Of a stretch of DNA of 64,000 bases, positions 27,784 to 38,347 are shown in pieces. The notes beneath the pieces were generated by a model. That model was given only the letters and a program-made list of their open reading frames with translations, searched no databases and was not told the origin of the DNA. The position numbers were made by a program, and so were the translations under genes. Location of the stretch: IMG/VR virus record IMGVR_UViG_3300037054_000148, positions 62,001 through 126,000 of that record, one strand, 5' to 3'. Every line of letters begins with the position of its first letter. The first letter of the stretch is position 1.

Positions 27784-30700
27784 ATGGCATCACTTATTAA
27801 CACTTTACGCAAGCAGGTTGACCTCCCTGTCTGGGAATGGCTTCGCTTCTCTCCAATCGCATCAGCAGTCCCATCTTGCACCTGCTCAGCTAATAATAGC
27901 CAGTACAACAAAATACAAGGTAGGTATATCTACTACTTGATTACTGCTGCTAACTTTTGGCGTTATGACACCTATACAGATACGTTTGAACAACTTCAAA
28001 CCCCACCCATTGCTCCAGCCACATGGGCGGATATAGAATTTGAACAGTGTCAGGGCATAGAAGGGTTTGTCTTGGGGGCTACCTCCAACACTCTGACTAT
28101 TCCAGCTTATTCTTCTGGCTCTTTTAGAGGTTATGATGTAAAAATTATTGGTGGGACCGGTATGGGGCAACGTAGAATCATTTCATACGTTAATGAGCCC
28201 GTGATCGTTGAAACTGGCGTCCCTACGGCTGTGAATAACGTTTTAGGTTCCTTCACCATTACTGATGCTACGAAAGCCTGGACTCCCAACCAATGGGCTG
28301 GCTACCAGCTTCGTATTTCGTATGGAACGGGTGTGGGTCAAGTTCGTAGAATTCTATACAATTCGGCTACGGTCCTAACCCTTGGTGACTCCACCATATC
28401 CGCTCAAAGCACTTGGTGTAATCCTAACATCACCTCACCAGCCATTGTCGCAACCGCTGGCTCCCAGTCTATTTATGTGATTGAGTCTTCGGTTGTCACA
28501 GTTGATTCACCATGGTTGATCACTCCTGATAAAACCTCTCAGTATATGGTTGAGTCAGGGGTCATTTCCTTATATTCTAGTGCAGCGGCCACTCCATTCT
28601 ATACTCTTCAATACTACGACATTGCTTCGGACCTTTGGTACATCAAAACTGCTAATACTCTAAACGTATCAGCAGTTGGAACTGATGGAAACTGTGACCA
28701 TGCTGGGTATGCGGCTGTTGTGTGGACCAGAGGAACCGCTACAGTCGCTGGAACCGCCACCACCCTAACTGACACTACTCAAAATTGGGCAGTGAATCAG
28801 TTCGCTGGGTACTACATTAACTTCACGGGTGGAACCGGTGAAGGGCAGTTATCAAAAATTGCCTCCAACACCAACACAGTTCTAACTTTTGCCACCGTCA
28901 CCACCCCACCCGACACTACCACCGATTATGTGATAGAAGGGTATGATTGCGGAACCCTCACCACCGGAGGCACCTCTACCCTAACCGATTCAACTAAAAC
29001 TTGGCCAGTAAACAGATGGGCCAATTTTATGGTTAAAATTCTCTTCGGGACAGGTAAGGGCCAGTATATGCAGATTGCATCAAATACTGCCACCACTTTA
29101 ACCCTAGTTAAACCCTTGGCAACCACCACAGATACCACATCTACTTATTCCATCCTCCCAGATGGTAACAAGACCTACCTGATGATTGGTGGGCAGGCCA
29201 CCACCTTCATGTACAACTACAGTGATGACCTTCTGACAGAAGGAAGATGGCAGGACTCAGGTATAGCTTGTAACGCAGTGGTGACTTATAGCACTATGCG
29301 CCCAATTGGCATTGCTTCAGCGGTTCACGCTACCACCAACGCCACCATCACCACTTCATTCCCACACTACCTAAAGGTAGGTATGTCGGTCACGGTAAAG
29401 GGGATGACAGATTCCAATTACAACACCACCGCCGTAATCAACAGTGTCCCCTCAACCACTCAGTTCACCTATACGATGGCCGGAACCCCCGCCGTCGATA
29501 CGGTGGCTGGAGTTCAAAACACCACAGTTCTCACCGATTACACAAAAAATTGGACAGTAAATCAGTGGGCCGGGTACCAGTGCTACATGACTGTTTCAGC
29601 CGTGACCGCTGCGACTGGTTTGGCCACCGGACAGGTGCTTCAGGTTTTGGCAAACACAGCCAACGCATTAATTTTTGTAGCGGCGGGTACCGCTCCCATC
29701 ACCGGCACCACTCGCTACATCCTCACCCCTAGAGCTACACCAGGGTTGATGGATTGTGGTCTTGCCACTGGCACTCAGTCAACCTCTCTATTAACAGACA
29801 CAACAAAAGCAAGCAATCTAAATGCTTCGATCTCGGCTGGAAGTAATACGCTGACGATCAACCCCGTCACCTTCACCGCTAGCTTCGCCAACAATCAAAT
29901 GACCCTTACGGTTCCTCCGGTAAATGGGGTTATCCAGGTTGGAAATCTTATCTCTGGTGTGGGCATTCTTCCCAATACCTACATCTCGGCACTGACTTCT
30001 GGAACCGCAAATACCCTTGGAGCCGTATATACATTGACTCCCCAAGGAACAATCGCTTCCGCAGGTGGTCAGTGCTCTCTGTCTGGCTCCTCCATGACCA
30101 TCACTACGGTCCCCACAACTGGTGTATACGCTCCTGGTCAGCTTATTTCAGGAACTGGTATTACTGCTGGAACAACCATAGTGTCCTTAACTTCTGGGAC
30201 AGCTAATACTATTGGTGCTGTGTATCTCTGTAGCGCAGCAATGACTACAGAATCGGCTGAATCGGTAATCTCTAACTTTGGAGTTGGCACGATAGCGGCT
30301 GAAACAGTGACCTGTTACCCACAGGGTCAGATCAACCCAGGAATGTTGGTTACATCTACTGGCTCTACGGGTGGGCAGATGTCATTTGCTACTAACGTAG
30401 CTACCATTACAACTGTTCCAACCTCTGGTTCAATTGCTATTGGTCAAACAATCCAGTCCGCTGGAGCAGCAAATGGAGCCGTTATTATTGCTCTTGCATC
30501 TGGAACTTTAAACGTTCTCGCATCTACATATACATTATCAACCTCACCAGGAACAATCGCTGCTCAGGCAGTAACAACTTCAAATCTTACCTTTGCAACA
30601 GGTGGCTCCGCATCATTCGCCACCAATGTGATGACTTTAACAGTTGCTCCTACTCTTGGGTCAATAGCTGTTGGTCAATATATTACTGGTGCTTCTGCAA

Positions 30701-31770
30701 GTATCCCAGCGGGGACGTACATTACTGGATTACTCACTGGTAACCTGAATGCTGTTTCATCCACATACTCTTTATCAACCTCACCAGGAACAATTGTTGC
30801 CGGAGCTATCACAGCTTCAAATGGAACCGGCTCATTTGGTGGTCAGGCGTCATTCGCAACTAACATAATGACTCTAACTACAATCCCAGCCGTGGGAGCC
30901 ATCACCATTGGAGCAATCGTAACGGCTGGAGCAGTGCCGGTAGGGACGACTATCACAGGTCTACTCACCGGGACACTTAACGCTGTGTCTTCCACTTATT
31001 CACTGTCTACTTACCCCGGCACAGTCGGTGCTGAAGCCATCACCACAAGCGCCATCCCAGTCGGCACGGTCATAACCCAACAGCTAACCTCTACGATGCC
31101 AAATGGTGCGAATGGTGGAACTGGGACATACCTCCTCTCCCTCCCCGCAGCCAATACCCTCACCTATGCTGCCCTTGATTATATGTGGGTTGTTAATGCG
31201 TTTGCTGGTCGTAAATGTAAGTTGATTGGAGCCACTGGTCAATCTCAGGAGTTCTCAGTAGGCTCTAATACCAATTGCACTATTGCAATGACAGCTATTA
31301 CAACCGCCCCAGTGACTCTTGCCACCTCATATGCACTACTCCAGCAGCCTGTTCGTGGAACTGGTTTTTGCATAGAAGGTATTTTTGGTTTATCGGATAC
31401 TAGTAACTCCGGAAAATGGTGGATTGCGGCACGTGCCGGGGCAGCAGTTGGGTTTGATAAACTAGATATTACGACTGATACATTTTACATGATACCAACC
31501 TCTCCACAGACGGAAACCCTGTCTACTGGCTCAATGTATGCTTATGACGGTCAGGATAGACTTTACTTCACCAAAGAAGCAACCCAGAGAATGTATTATA
31601 TGGACTTAAAGACAAACCATATTCATGGAGCGGGCATGTATCCCTATGCTGCCCCCACAGCTCTCCTTGGAAACCGAATGGAAATCTTTCAGACAAACGA
31701 TGGACTTAATTACCTCTGGATCAATCGGGAAACCAACTTGGAGAATTTTAGACAGCTTCTTTTCTACTAA
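27784..31770 (+). CDS. Large multi-repeat virion/fibre protein (propeller-like ends with nested beta-repeat insertions)
   Basis: 1328 aa; FWRYDTYTDTF and FDKLDITTDTF kelch-like ends; repeats TLTD.T..W..NQ.AG and SFATN..TLT...GT.I..L.SGT.N. Confidence 0.65.
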   Translation: MASLINTLRKQVDLPVWEWLRFSPIASAVPSCTCSANNSQYNKIQGRYIYYLITAANFWRYDTYTDTFEQLQTPPIAPATWADIEFEQCQGIEGFVLGATSNTLTIPAYSSGSFRGYDVKIIGGTGMGQRRIISYVNEPVIVETGVPTAVNNVLGSFTITDATKAWTPNQWAGYQLRISYGTGVGQVRRILYNSATVLTLGDSTISAQSTWCNPNITSPAIVATAGSQSIYVIESSVVTVDSPWLITPDKTSQYMVESGVISLYSSAAATPFYTLQYYDIASDLWYIKTANTLNVSAVGTDGNCDHAGYAAVVWTRGTATVAGTATTLTDTTQNWAVNQFAGYYINFTGGTGEGQLSKIASNTNTVLTFATVTTPPDTTTDYVIEGYDCGTLTTGGTSTLTDSTKTWPVNRWANFMVKILFGTGKGQYMQIASNTATTLTLVKPLATTTDTTSTYSILPDGNKTYLMIGGQATTFMYNYSDDLLTEGRWQDSGIACNAVVTYSTMRPIGIASAVHATTNATITTSFPHYLKVGMSVTVKGMTDSNYNTTAVINSVPSTTQFTYTMAGTPAVDTVAGVQNTTVLTDYTKNWTVNQWAGYQCYMTVSAVTAATGLATGQVLQVLANTANALIFVAAGTAPITGTTRYILTPRATPGLMDCGLATGTQSTSLLTDTTKASNLNASISAGSNTLTINPVTFTASFANNQMTLTVPPVNGVIQVGNLISGVGILPNTYISALTSGTANTLGAVYTLTPQGTIASAGGQCSLSGSSMTITTVPTTGVYAPGQLISGTGITAGTTIVSLTSGTANTIGAVYLCSAAMTTESAESVISNFGVGTIAAETVTCYPQGQINPGMLVTSTGSTGGQMSFATNVATITTVPTSGSIAIGQTIQSAGAANGAVIIALASGTLNVLASTYTLSTSPGTIAAQAVTTSNLTFATGGSASFATNVMTLTVAPTLGSIAVGQYITGASASIPAGTYITGLLTGNLNAVSSTYSLSTSPGTIVAGAITASNGTGSFGGQASFATNIMTLTTIPAVGAITIGAIVTAGAVPVGTTITGLLTGTLNAVSSTYSLSTYPGTVGAEAITTSAIPVGTVITQQLTSTMPNGANGGTGTYLLSLPAANTLTYAALDYMWVVNAFAGRKCKLIGATGQSQEFSVGSNTNCTIAMTAITTAPVTLATSYALLQQPVRGTGFCIEGIFGLSDTSNSGKWWIAARAGAAVGFDKLDITTDTFYMIPTSPQTETLSTGSMYAYDGQDRLYFTKEATQRMYYMDLKTNHIHGAGMYPYAAPTALLGNRMEIFQTNDGLNYLWINRETNLENFRQLLFY

Positions 31771-31783
31771 ACAAGGCTAAAAG

Positions 31784-33424
31784 ATGTATGTAAGTATTGT
31801 CAACGAATATGGTCGGACGATTCAAATCAATACTCGTCAGATCAATTACGTACAGATTGATGGTAAGACCATGTTCCTCAATTATTTTGGGGGACAGTCT
31901 ACCGCTACCTCGTCCAATCTGGTGCAAATCCAGACCTTGCTGACTGTTCTTCTCGCCCAGCCCTACTTTCTAGATTTGCGGCAAAACGGGAGTGGCTTCC
32001 TTCTCAACCTTTCGGCCATTCGCTATACTGATTTTGCTCCAATTGCTGGTTCGGTATTCGTTTATTTCAACGCAGTCAACATTATTGTAAAGCTTCCCGC
32101 TTCGCTCGAACCAGCTCTTTCCACAGCCCTTGCAGCCTATGTGGATACGGGGGGTGGGGGAGCAGGCAATGGCACCTCCCTCAATGATATCATTTCCCAA
32201 CCCAGTCACGGTTTTCAGATAGGGGATATCCTGGGGTATGACGGAACGGTTTGGTTTCTCGCACAAGCGAACACCGATGCAACTTCTGAAGTTTATGGAA
32301 TCGTATCAAGCATAACGGATCAAAATACCTTTACTCTCACCACCTCTGGGTATGTGGCCGGTTTGACTGGCCTCACTCCTGGTGGTACCTATTTCCTCAG
32401 CGATTCTGTGCCGGGGAGTATGTCTTTGACCGAACCCACTACCCCTGGGCAAATTAGCAAGCCCATTTTCTTAGCTATGAGTCTGACCAGTGGCCTCTTC
32501 GTTGAAATGCGAGGAGAGTTGGTTCAGTCTGGAGGGTCCGGTGGGGGAAATGGAGCCGCCCTCCTGGACCCTATCCAGCAGACTGCTCATGGTTTCACCG
32601 TTGGGGATATACTTCGTTACGATGGCACCGGATGGGTCTGGTCTCAGGCTAATTTGGATGCCAACTCCGAAGTTTACGGAATGGTTTCGGTTGTAGTTGA
32701 TCCTGATAACTTCATCATCACCACATCTGGGTACGTTACGGGTCTGGTCGGTCTCACCCCTGGAACCACTTATTTTCTTAGTGCTGTGACCCCAGGTAGG
32801 ATGACCCCCACGGAGCCAACCGGAGATGGGGAAATCAGCAAGCCTATTTTCCTATCTACCAGCCCTACTAGTGGTCTGTTCACAGATATGCGAGGTGAAT
32901 TGATTGCATCCGGAGGATTGGGCGCGAATGGGACGGCATTGTCTGATTCCATCATGCAAATTAACCATGGCTTCTCTATTGGAGACGCAGTTCGATTTGA
33001 TGGGACCGAGTGGGTGTGGTCTCAGGCTGATTCGGATGTTGATTCTGAGGTGTATGGTCTGGTTTCAAACGTTATTGATCTAGATAATTTCACCATCACC
33101 ACTTCTGGATATATAGTTGGTCTAAGCGGCCTGATTCCCGGTACAACCTATTTTTTGAGTGCCCAGATTCCTGGGGGATTAACGTCCACAGAGCCTTTGG
33201 CGGATGGTCAGGTCAGTAAGCCACTGTTTTTGGCTACTAGCTCATCGAGTGGTCTATATATTGACATGCGTGGGGAACTCATTTCCATTGGTGGGAGCCC
33301 AGACACCTATACGAACGAAACCCCCACACCAGTTACGGTTGGGGGGATTCCGGCAGGCTCCACATTTGTAGGTTTGACTACGCAACAAATGTGGGATTGG
33401 TTACTCTACTCTATTCACCCTTAG
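31784..33424 (+). CDS. Virion protein with three tandem Q..HGF domains
   Basis: 546 aa; three ~120 aa repeats Q..HGF..GD...DGT.W...QA..D..SEVYG...GL.PG.TYFLS...SKP.FLA...MRGEL. Confidence 0.7.
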   Translation: MYVSIVNEYGRTIQINTRQINYVQIDGKTMFLNYFGGQSTATSSNLVQIQTLLTVLLAQPYFLDLRQNGSGFLLNLSAIRYTDFAPIAGSVFVYFNAVNIIVKLPASLEPALSTALAAYVDTGGGGAGNGTSLNDIISQPSHGFQIGDILGYDGTVWFLAQANTDATSEVYGIVSSITDQNTFTLTTSGYVAGLTGLTPGGTYFLSDSVPGSMSLTEPTTPGQISKPIFLAMSLTSGLFVEMRGELVQSGGSGGGNGAALLDPIQQTAHGFTVGDILRYDGTGWVWSQANLDANSEVYGMVSVVVDPDNFIITTSGYVTGLVGLTPGTTYFLSAVTPGRMTPTEPTGDGEISKPIFLSTSPTSGLFTDMRGELIASGGLGANGTALSDSIMQINHGFSIGDAVRFDGTEWVWSQADSDVDSEVYGLVSNVIDLDNFTITTSGYIVGLSGLIPGTTYFLSAQIPGGLTSTEPLADGQVSKPLFLATSSSSGLYIDMRGELISIGGSPDTYTNETPTPVTVGGIPAGSTFVGLTTQQMWDWLLYSIHP

Positions 33425-33433
33425 CTTCTAAGG

Positions 33434-34228
33434 CTATTTTAGACCGTTCCTTCTTACAATATTTGTTATAGTGGAAGCACTCAGCCCTAATTGACGGGCT
33501 ATCGCTTTGTTTGATATACTTCGTGTTTTCCACAATCTTATGGCTTCCGTCTCAATACCCACATGTATTTTGTTTAGGGCTGATTGCTGCTTAAATCTAA
33601 GTTTTTGGGCGGTTGACATACGAATCCTGGTTTCTTTGGTAGGAGATGCCCCTTTATTCACAGGAGTTCGGCCTGTCAATGTCTCTGCTATCTTTTTTCT
33701 TGTCTCGTCACTAACTTTATGCCCCATTAGAGTTGCCGAGGTTCTCTTTCTTACCCCCTCTGATGGAGGTGGCCTGTGATGCTGAGACTCAGACACCCTC
33801 TTTTTTGTTTCCTCAGAGTGGGGGGCTCGGGCTTTTCGTGCAACTGATAATGCTTTTTTATGCTCTTCCGAAAAAGGCACACCTTTCTTAGCTAGGGATA
33901 GCTTCTGTTTCGCCTTCTCAGTATGTTTTAGCCCTAAGCAAGATCCCGCCGCAGGGGCAGTATTATAGAGAGATGCCCCCATAAATCTGAGAGAATTCAT
34001 CCAATACTGCTCAGTTTCAGTTAGAAGATTGTCAGAACACACCTCCAGAATCTCAAAGATAAAGGCGTCTGCACCATATTTATTCCAGGAGTTCTGTAAA
34101 TAATGGCAAGAGTGACGCTGGTGTTTAAGGTTGCATTTGTGCTGTACCCACCGTCTTTTAGGGTTGCACGATTGGCCTACGTACCCTTTGTTAGAAATTA
34201 CATTGATTATTAGGTAGATTCCACCCAT
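33434..34228 (-). CDS. GIY-YIG homing endonuclease with NUMOD3 repeats and C-terminal HTH
   Basis: MGGIYLIIN...YVGQS...RW..H...LQNSWNKYG; SNKAIARQLGLSASTITNIV HTH; ATG 34228 after GGAAGGTGG. Confidence 0.9.
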   Translation of the reverse strand: MGGIYLIINVISNKGYVGQSCNPKRRWVQHKCNLKHQRHSCHYLQNSWNKYGADAFIFEILEVCSDNLLTETEQYWMNSLRFMGASLYNTAPAAGSCLGLKHTEKAKQKLSLAKKGVPFSEEHKKALSVARKARAPHSEETKKRVSESQHHRPPPSEGVRKRTSATLMGHKVSDETRKKIAETLTGRTPVNKGASPTKETRIRMSTAQKLRFKQQSALNKIHVGIETEAIRLWKTRSISNKAIARQLGLSASTITNIVRRNGLK

Positions 34229-37011
34229 TTTCCACCTTCCCAAACATTTTTGATTGCTTTTGCCACCACTTCATTTGGGATTCCGGCCATACAAGCGTGA
34301 CAAGGATGGGCATAATCTTGCCCAGGAGGGTTATCGCACGGCCCTTTAGACATAGAGGAAATAGCTGGATCCTCTTTGTAGCATGGGCGGCATGGCAGTT
34401 TTACCCCAATGTTCAGATTGTGATCGTAGCCCGAGCCCTGAGCACTTGTTGACCCCCAGAGAATAACAGCAGGAACCTTATAGGGCTTTCCGTCTCCTTT
34501 GCTCCAAATATAATTGGTCACATGGTTTGGGAATGAGTCTACCCCCACGTGCATTTTTGCATTAGCAATCAAATCAATTGCTAGTTTGAGGGTCTTTCCC
34601 ATATGGGTATGGTCCACTCCAGGGATTTTGGGATCCCCACTTCCGCCAATCTGTATAAAGGGGATGCTGGGGCATTGTTTGACTATCTCTCCCCACCGTT
34701 CAGCACTGATTGACTTGTACACTGACCATCCTGCCTTTACTTGTAGGGTTGCATAGTCGGCTGGTAGCTCTAACTTTTCTCGGTCAATAGAGGGAGTAGG
34801 GAGGCTCAGCGCCACCATCTCTTCGGGGAGCCCCATTTCTTTTGCAAAATACTTAATTAGATGCTGTCGCATTTCCGTATTAGGGTAATCTTCATGAAGA
34901 GGATAACCGATTAAATTGATAACTTTCTCATATTCATGCGCCTTCCCTGCCAGTGTGTTGAAATCAAACCATGCGTCTACCCCAGCATCTTTAAACATCA
35001 ACTCTAGTTCCGCACCAATTGCTGGATGGCAGTAATAGTGTATTTTGCAATTAGGGTGCTTCTTTTTGAGACTTGGAATCAAATTAAGCGTGATTAAAAT
35101 GTCTCCGACAGCACCCGGTCGATTAAGGGCAATTTGTTTAACTTTCTTCGTCGTTTTTTTTAGATAGTTCTGGGAGATTAGAGCCTGATTTAGGGCATTG
35201 ACCCTCTGGTCCCACTCCTTATCCTCGCATCCGATCTGTTTCTTGGCTTCAGCAGCCCATTTGTAAGCTGCCTCCTTGTCCCCAAGGTTCTCATAGCAGA
35301 AACTGAGCATCCGAGTCGGCTGGTCAGTGTATTTGTTGGGTTCACGCCAGAGTTCTGTGGGCTCCTGCTTGCGTCCGAATGCCTCAAGGCAGTAACCGAT
35401 GGTTTTGTTCCAGTCGCCGGTCTGGAAGGCCATGTAGCCCAGTTCCATCCAGAACTCAGACCAATCAGGAGCCTTGGAGAGACCAAATAGGAGGGACTTC
35501 TCTGCTTCGGCCAGCATTCCAGCCGCACGTTCGCACCTTCCCTTGTATAGGCAAGAAAAAAGATACTCGTCACGGAACGCATCACCGAAACTGATTCGCA
35601 TGTCGTAGTATTTAACGGCCTGGACGTAACGTCCCGCATCCTTATGCGTATTGGCCAGATAGAAAGCGGTCCTGGGATTTGGATCTTCTGCGATTTCTGC
35701 CTCTAGAATGCGGAGGTTACGCTGATTAGAATTCTCACCCACACCAGGGGCTGCATCATGGTGAATCACGCTGTCCTTGAGGGTGATCCCAGGTCGTCCT
35801 CCATGATTTGGATATTCATGGATTCGTCCTGAGAAGTTGACTCCCTCACGAGTCTTCCAGGCACGATGGTGAACCCATTTCATGCCATCAGTCTCAATCA
35901 TGATGCCAAACACCTTGTATTGAGTCAGATAGAAGGCACGTTTTAAATTCTCAGGAGTCAATAGCTCGTCATCTGCATCAAACCAAATTAGATAGTCGGC
36001 AGAGGGAATCCGATCAATCTTATCTACGAATATGTTCCTGGCCTTACTGAAGTCCCACAGCTTCCAATCTCCAGATTCATCCTGCTTTGAGGCCCCCGTA
36101 TAGGTTTCGAAGGTAAGGGGCTTAGTCCAAGCAGCCTTGGCCACTTCCTCAGTCTTGTCCGTAGAGCCGGTGTCAATGACGACCAAACCATCCACCACAT
36201 CTTCAATGGATTTTAGAACACGGGGAAGATCACGTTCCTCATTTTTGACAATCATCCCACACCAGACTTCTGGCTTTTTCTGGATGGGGCGCAGCACGAT
36301 ATCTCGTTGCCCTGCTCCATCCATCGGAGAAGTCCAATCTATAGTGAAAAGGTCTTGCCCTTGAACCAGAAGCTCTAAAATACTGGATAAGGAGTGGAAG
36401 AACGGATGAATTGTATAGTGCCCCTCATCTAAATCTCGTTCAAATCCGCTCACTCCATGATCTGGAAGGCGTAAGAAAAGGATCCCATCATTAGCTAGCA
36501 AACTCTTTATTTTTCCTAGAGCGGCCAGTGGGTTATAGAGATGTTCCATCAAATGAATCATGGTAACAGCCTGGAATTTTTCTGTATGTGTCCACTCCCT
36601 AATCTGCTCTTCAGTGAGGGCCTCAAAGTCAGCCATCAACATCGGAACATCAAGCTCCTTGCTGTATTCTGGAACAATTTCAATGTTATCCATTCCAAAG
36701 GCTTCACATCCTAGTTCCTTAAAACAATAGCTCAAATATGGAAATTTTGAGCCAATGTCCAACACCTTGCCGGGTTTCCCTCCCATGAAGTTATTGAGGA
36801 TGCTCTCTGCGAGAGACTGATTGATCCCTTTTTCATAGTCGGACATTAGATGACCTGTAAACCCGCCATTTTGGTCTTTTTCATGAGCAGCCTCATAGAC
36901 TTTGGGGGGCATAGGGTTCTGGAACCAGCAATCACAAACAGGGCACATCCAATAGGGGGTGTCCTGATACTTATGAACCGTCTGGGTGGAACAAATTGGG
37001 CAATTTGCCAT
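34210..37011 (-). CDS. Multidomain SAM methyltransferase - GT2 glycosyltransferase - TPR - GT9 glycosyltransferase
   Basis: 933 aa; CPIC/CPVC + VLDIGS + HLMEHL (class I MTase); MIVKNEE, IDTGSTDKT, DFSKARN, FDADDE, GRIHE (GT2); TPR helices; RPGAVGD, GVDSFPNHV, ILWGST, CRPC (GT9). Confidence 0.85.
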   Translation of the reverse strand: MANCPICSTQTVHKYQDTPYWMCPVCDCWFQNPMPPKVYEAAHEKDQNGGFTGHLMSDYEKGINQSLAESILNNFMGGKPGKVLDIGSKFPYLSYCFKELGCEAFGMDNIEIVPEYSKELDVPMLMADFEALTEEQIREWTHTEKFQAVTMIHLMEHLYNPLAALGKIKSLLANDGILFLRLPDHGVSGFERDLDEGHYTIHPFFHSLSSILELLVQGQDLFTIDWTSPMDGAGQRDIVLRPIQKKPEVWCGMIVKNEERDLPRVLKSIEDVVDGLVVIDTGSTDKTEEVAKAAWTKPLTFETYTGASKQDESGDWKLWDFSKARNIFVDKIDRIPSADYLIWFDADDELLTPENLKRAFYLTQYKVFGIMIETDGMKWVHHRAWKTREGVNFSGRIHEYPNHGGRPGITLKDSVIHHDAAPGVGENSNQRNLRILEAEIAEDPNPRTAFYLANTHKDAGRYVQAVKYYDMRISFGDAFRDEYLFSCLYKGRCERAAGMLAEAEKSLLFGLSKAPDWSEFWMELGYMAFQTGDWNKTIGYCLEAFGRKQEPTELWREPNKYTDQPTRMLSFCYENLGDKEAAYKWAAEAKKQIGCEDKEWDQRVNALNQALISQNYLKKTTKKVKQIALNRPGAVGDILITLNLIPSLKKKHPNCKIHYYCHPAIGAELELMFKDAGVDAWFDFNTLAGKAHEYEKVINLIGYPLHEDYPNTEMRQHLIKYFAKEMGLPEEMVALSLPTPSIDREKLELPADYATLQVKAGWSVYKSISAERWGEIVKQCPSIPFIQIGGSGDPKIPGVDHTHMGKTLKLAIDLIANAKMHVGVDSFPNHVTNYIWSKGDGKPYKVPAVILWGSTSAQGSGYDHNLNIGVKLPCRPCYKEDPAISSMSKGPCDNPPGQDYAHPCHACMAGIPNEVVAKAIKNVWEGGKWVEST

Positions 37012-37595
37012 TAAACTTCTCCTTTGGGCAGGAATACAAGTATCCCCGTATCTGTTTTAATACTCTGTGCAGTATGCGTGGAAGAAAAAGTTCCAGTAAA
37101 CTCCTCCCAATTCACATTTATATACTTGACATGATTTTCCTTCACCTGATCCACCGTAAAATTCGGGTTTTGGGGGTTCACCAACATCCTCATGTCATCA
37201 CAAATGATCACATCCCTCTCTATGTTAGGTTTCAAGGCTCTGATGAGTTCTAACTCCTTGAATAAGGGCCAACGAGTTTCAGAGGTCTCCTCCACATCGT
37301 AAAAAGCAGGAAAATGAGCATCCAACCAGAAGAGCGTAGGCCCCGGAAGTCTAGGCAGGAGAGTCTCTAGGAATGTGAGACTATCAGTGTTCATAATGAA
37401 CGCTTCGGGTAGCAACCGGTAAGTAGAATCTACCGCTTCTTGCCTGATATCGCAGGAAAATAGAAAATGCTCGTCAAACCCACATTTTTTGGCAAAACTC
37501 ATTCCTTCGCCATCCTGGCAACCTGTTTCCACAAACAGAGATAACCCATACTGCTCTCGATACTGTTTTATTGGGGTAGCGATTAAATGTGTCAT
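37011..37595 (-). CDS. Class I SAM-dependent methyltransferase-like protein
   Basis: 194 aa; FVETG...G.G, CDI, LFWLDAH, VIICDD. Confidence 0.7.
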   Translation of the reverse strand: MTHLIATPIKQYREQYGLSLFVETGCQDGEGMSFAKKCGFDEHFLFSCDIRQEAVDSTYRLLPEAFIMNTDSLTFLETLLPRLPGPTLFWLDAHFPAFYDVEETSETRWPLFKELELIRALKPNIERDVIICDDMRMLVNPQNPNFTVDQVKENHVKYINVNWEEFTGTFSSTHTAQSIKTDTGILVFLPKGEV

Positions 37596-38347
37596 AGATT
37601 GAAATTGGCCCAGGTTAAAGATGCTTGTAGCTCGGGGAACTGATCAGGTTGGATACAAAATAAATCACATCCGTGCTCATACACGTTGTAGTTGAGGTGT
37701 TTAAAATAACGAACTAAGGCTCGTTTATCAGATTTCAGCCACTCTACCCATGCGATAGGCTTGAACTTGGTGAAAGTTTCGACCCCACCCTCCAAAATCT
37801 CTTCTTCCATGCCTTCGGCATCAATTTTGATCAGATCTAGACGTTTAAAGTTCCACGCATCAATTGGCGCTACTCGAACTTGTTCATCTGGGTCATCCGG
37901 AAGCCTTTCTTGCCCAATATCATTCACTTTTGGTTTAAATTCAAAGCTTCCAAAATTTCCAGCCTTGCTGTAGTCGTATTGAGGAATGGCCATAACCCCC
38001 TCCTCCCGACCCATCACAAAATTATGCACATAGACGTTCTGTAGAGAGTTCAGAGAGACAGTTCCAGCCACCATATAGGCTAGAATGCGCTGGCCTTCGT
38101 ACGAAAATACATCTCCACCCAACGGCTCGACGGCTTTGGCTAGGGCTAAGGTGAATAGGCCAAAGTTAGCTCCGATGTCCACACAAACAGTGTGCTCTCC
38201 ACATTTTCTAGCCAAATCACAGAGGAACATGATATCCTCATGATCGAACGCTTTGCCAGTTCGCCGCAAGCTCCCTGTTTGATTGATATCGTTTCCATTC
38301 ACGATTACCGGACCGTAATCGCTTTTTATTACCCCATTGTATATCAT
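37592..38347 (-). CDS. FkbM-family methyltransferase
   Basis: 251 aa; VDIGANFGLF, SYEGQ, LDLIKIDAEGMEEEILEG, KP..WVE. Confidence 0.9.
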   Translation of the reverse strand: MIYNGVIKSDYGPVIVNGNDINQTGSLRRTGKAFDHEDIMFLCDLARKCGEHTVCVDIGANFGLFTLALAKAVEPLGGDVFSYEGQRILAYMVAGTVSLNSLQNVYVHNFVMGREEGVMAIPQYDYSKAGNFGSFEFKPKVNDIGQERLPDDPDEQVRVAPIDAWNFKRLDLIKIDAEGMEEEILEGGVETFTKFKPIAWVEWLKSDKRALVRYFKHLNYNVYEHGCDLFCIQPDQFPELQASLTWANFNL

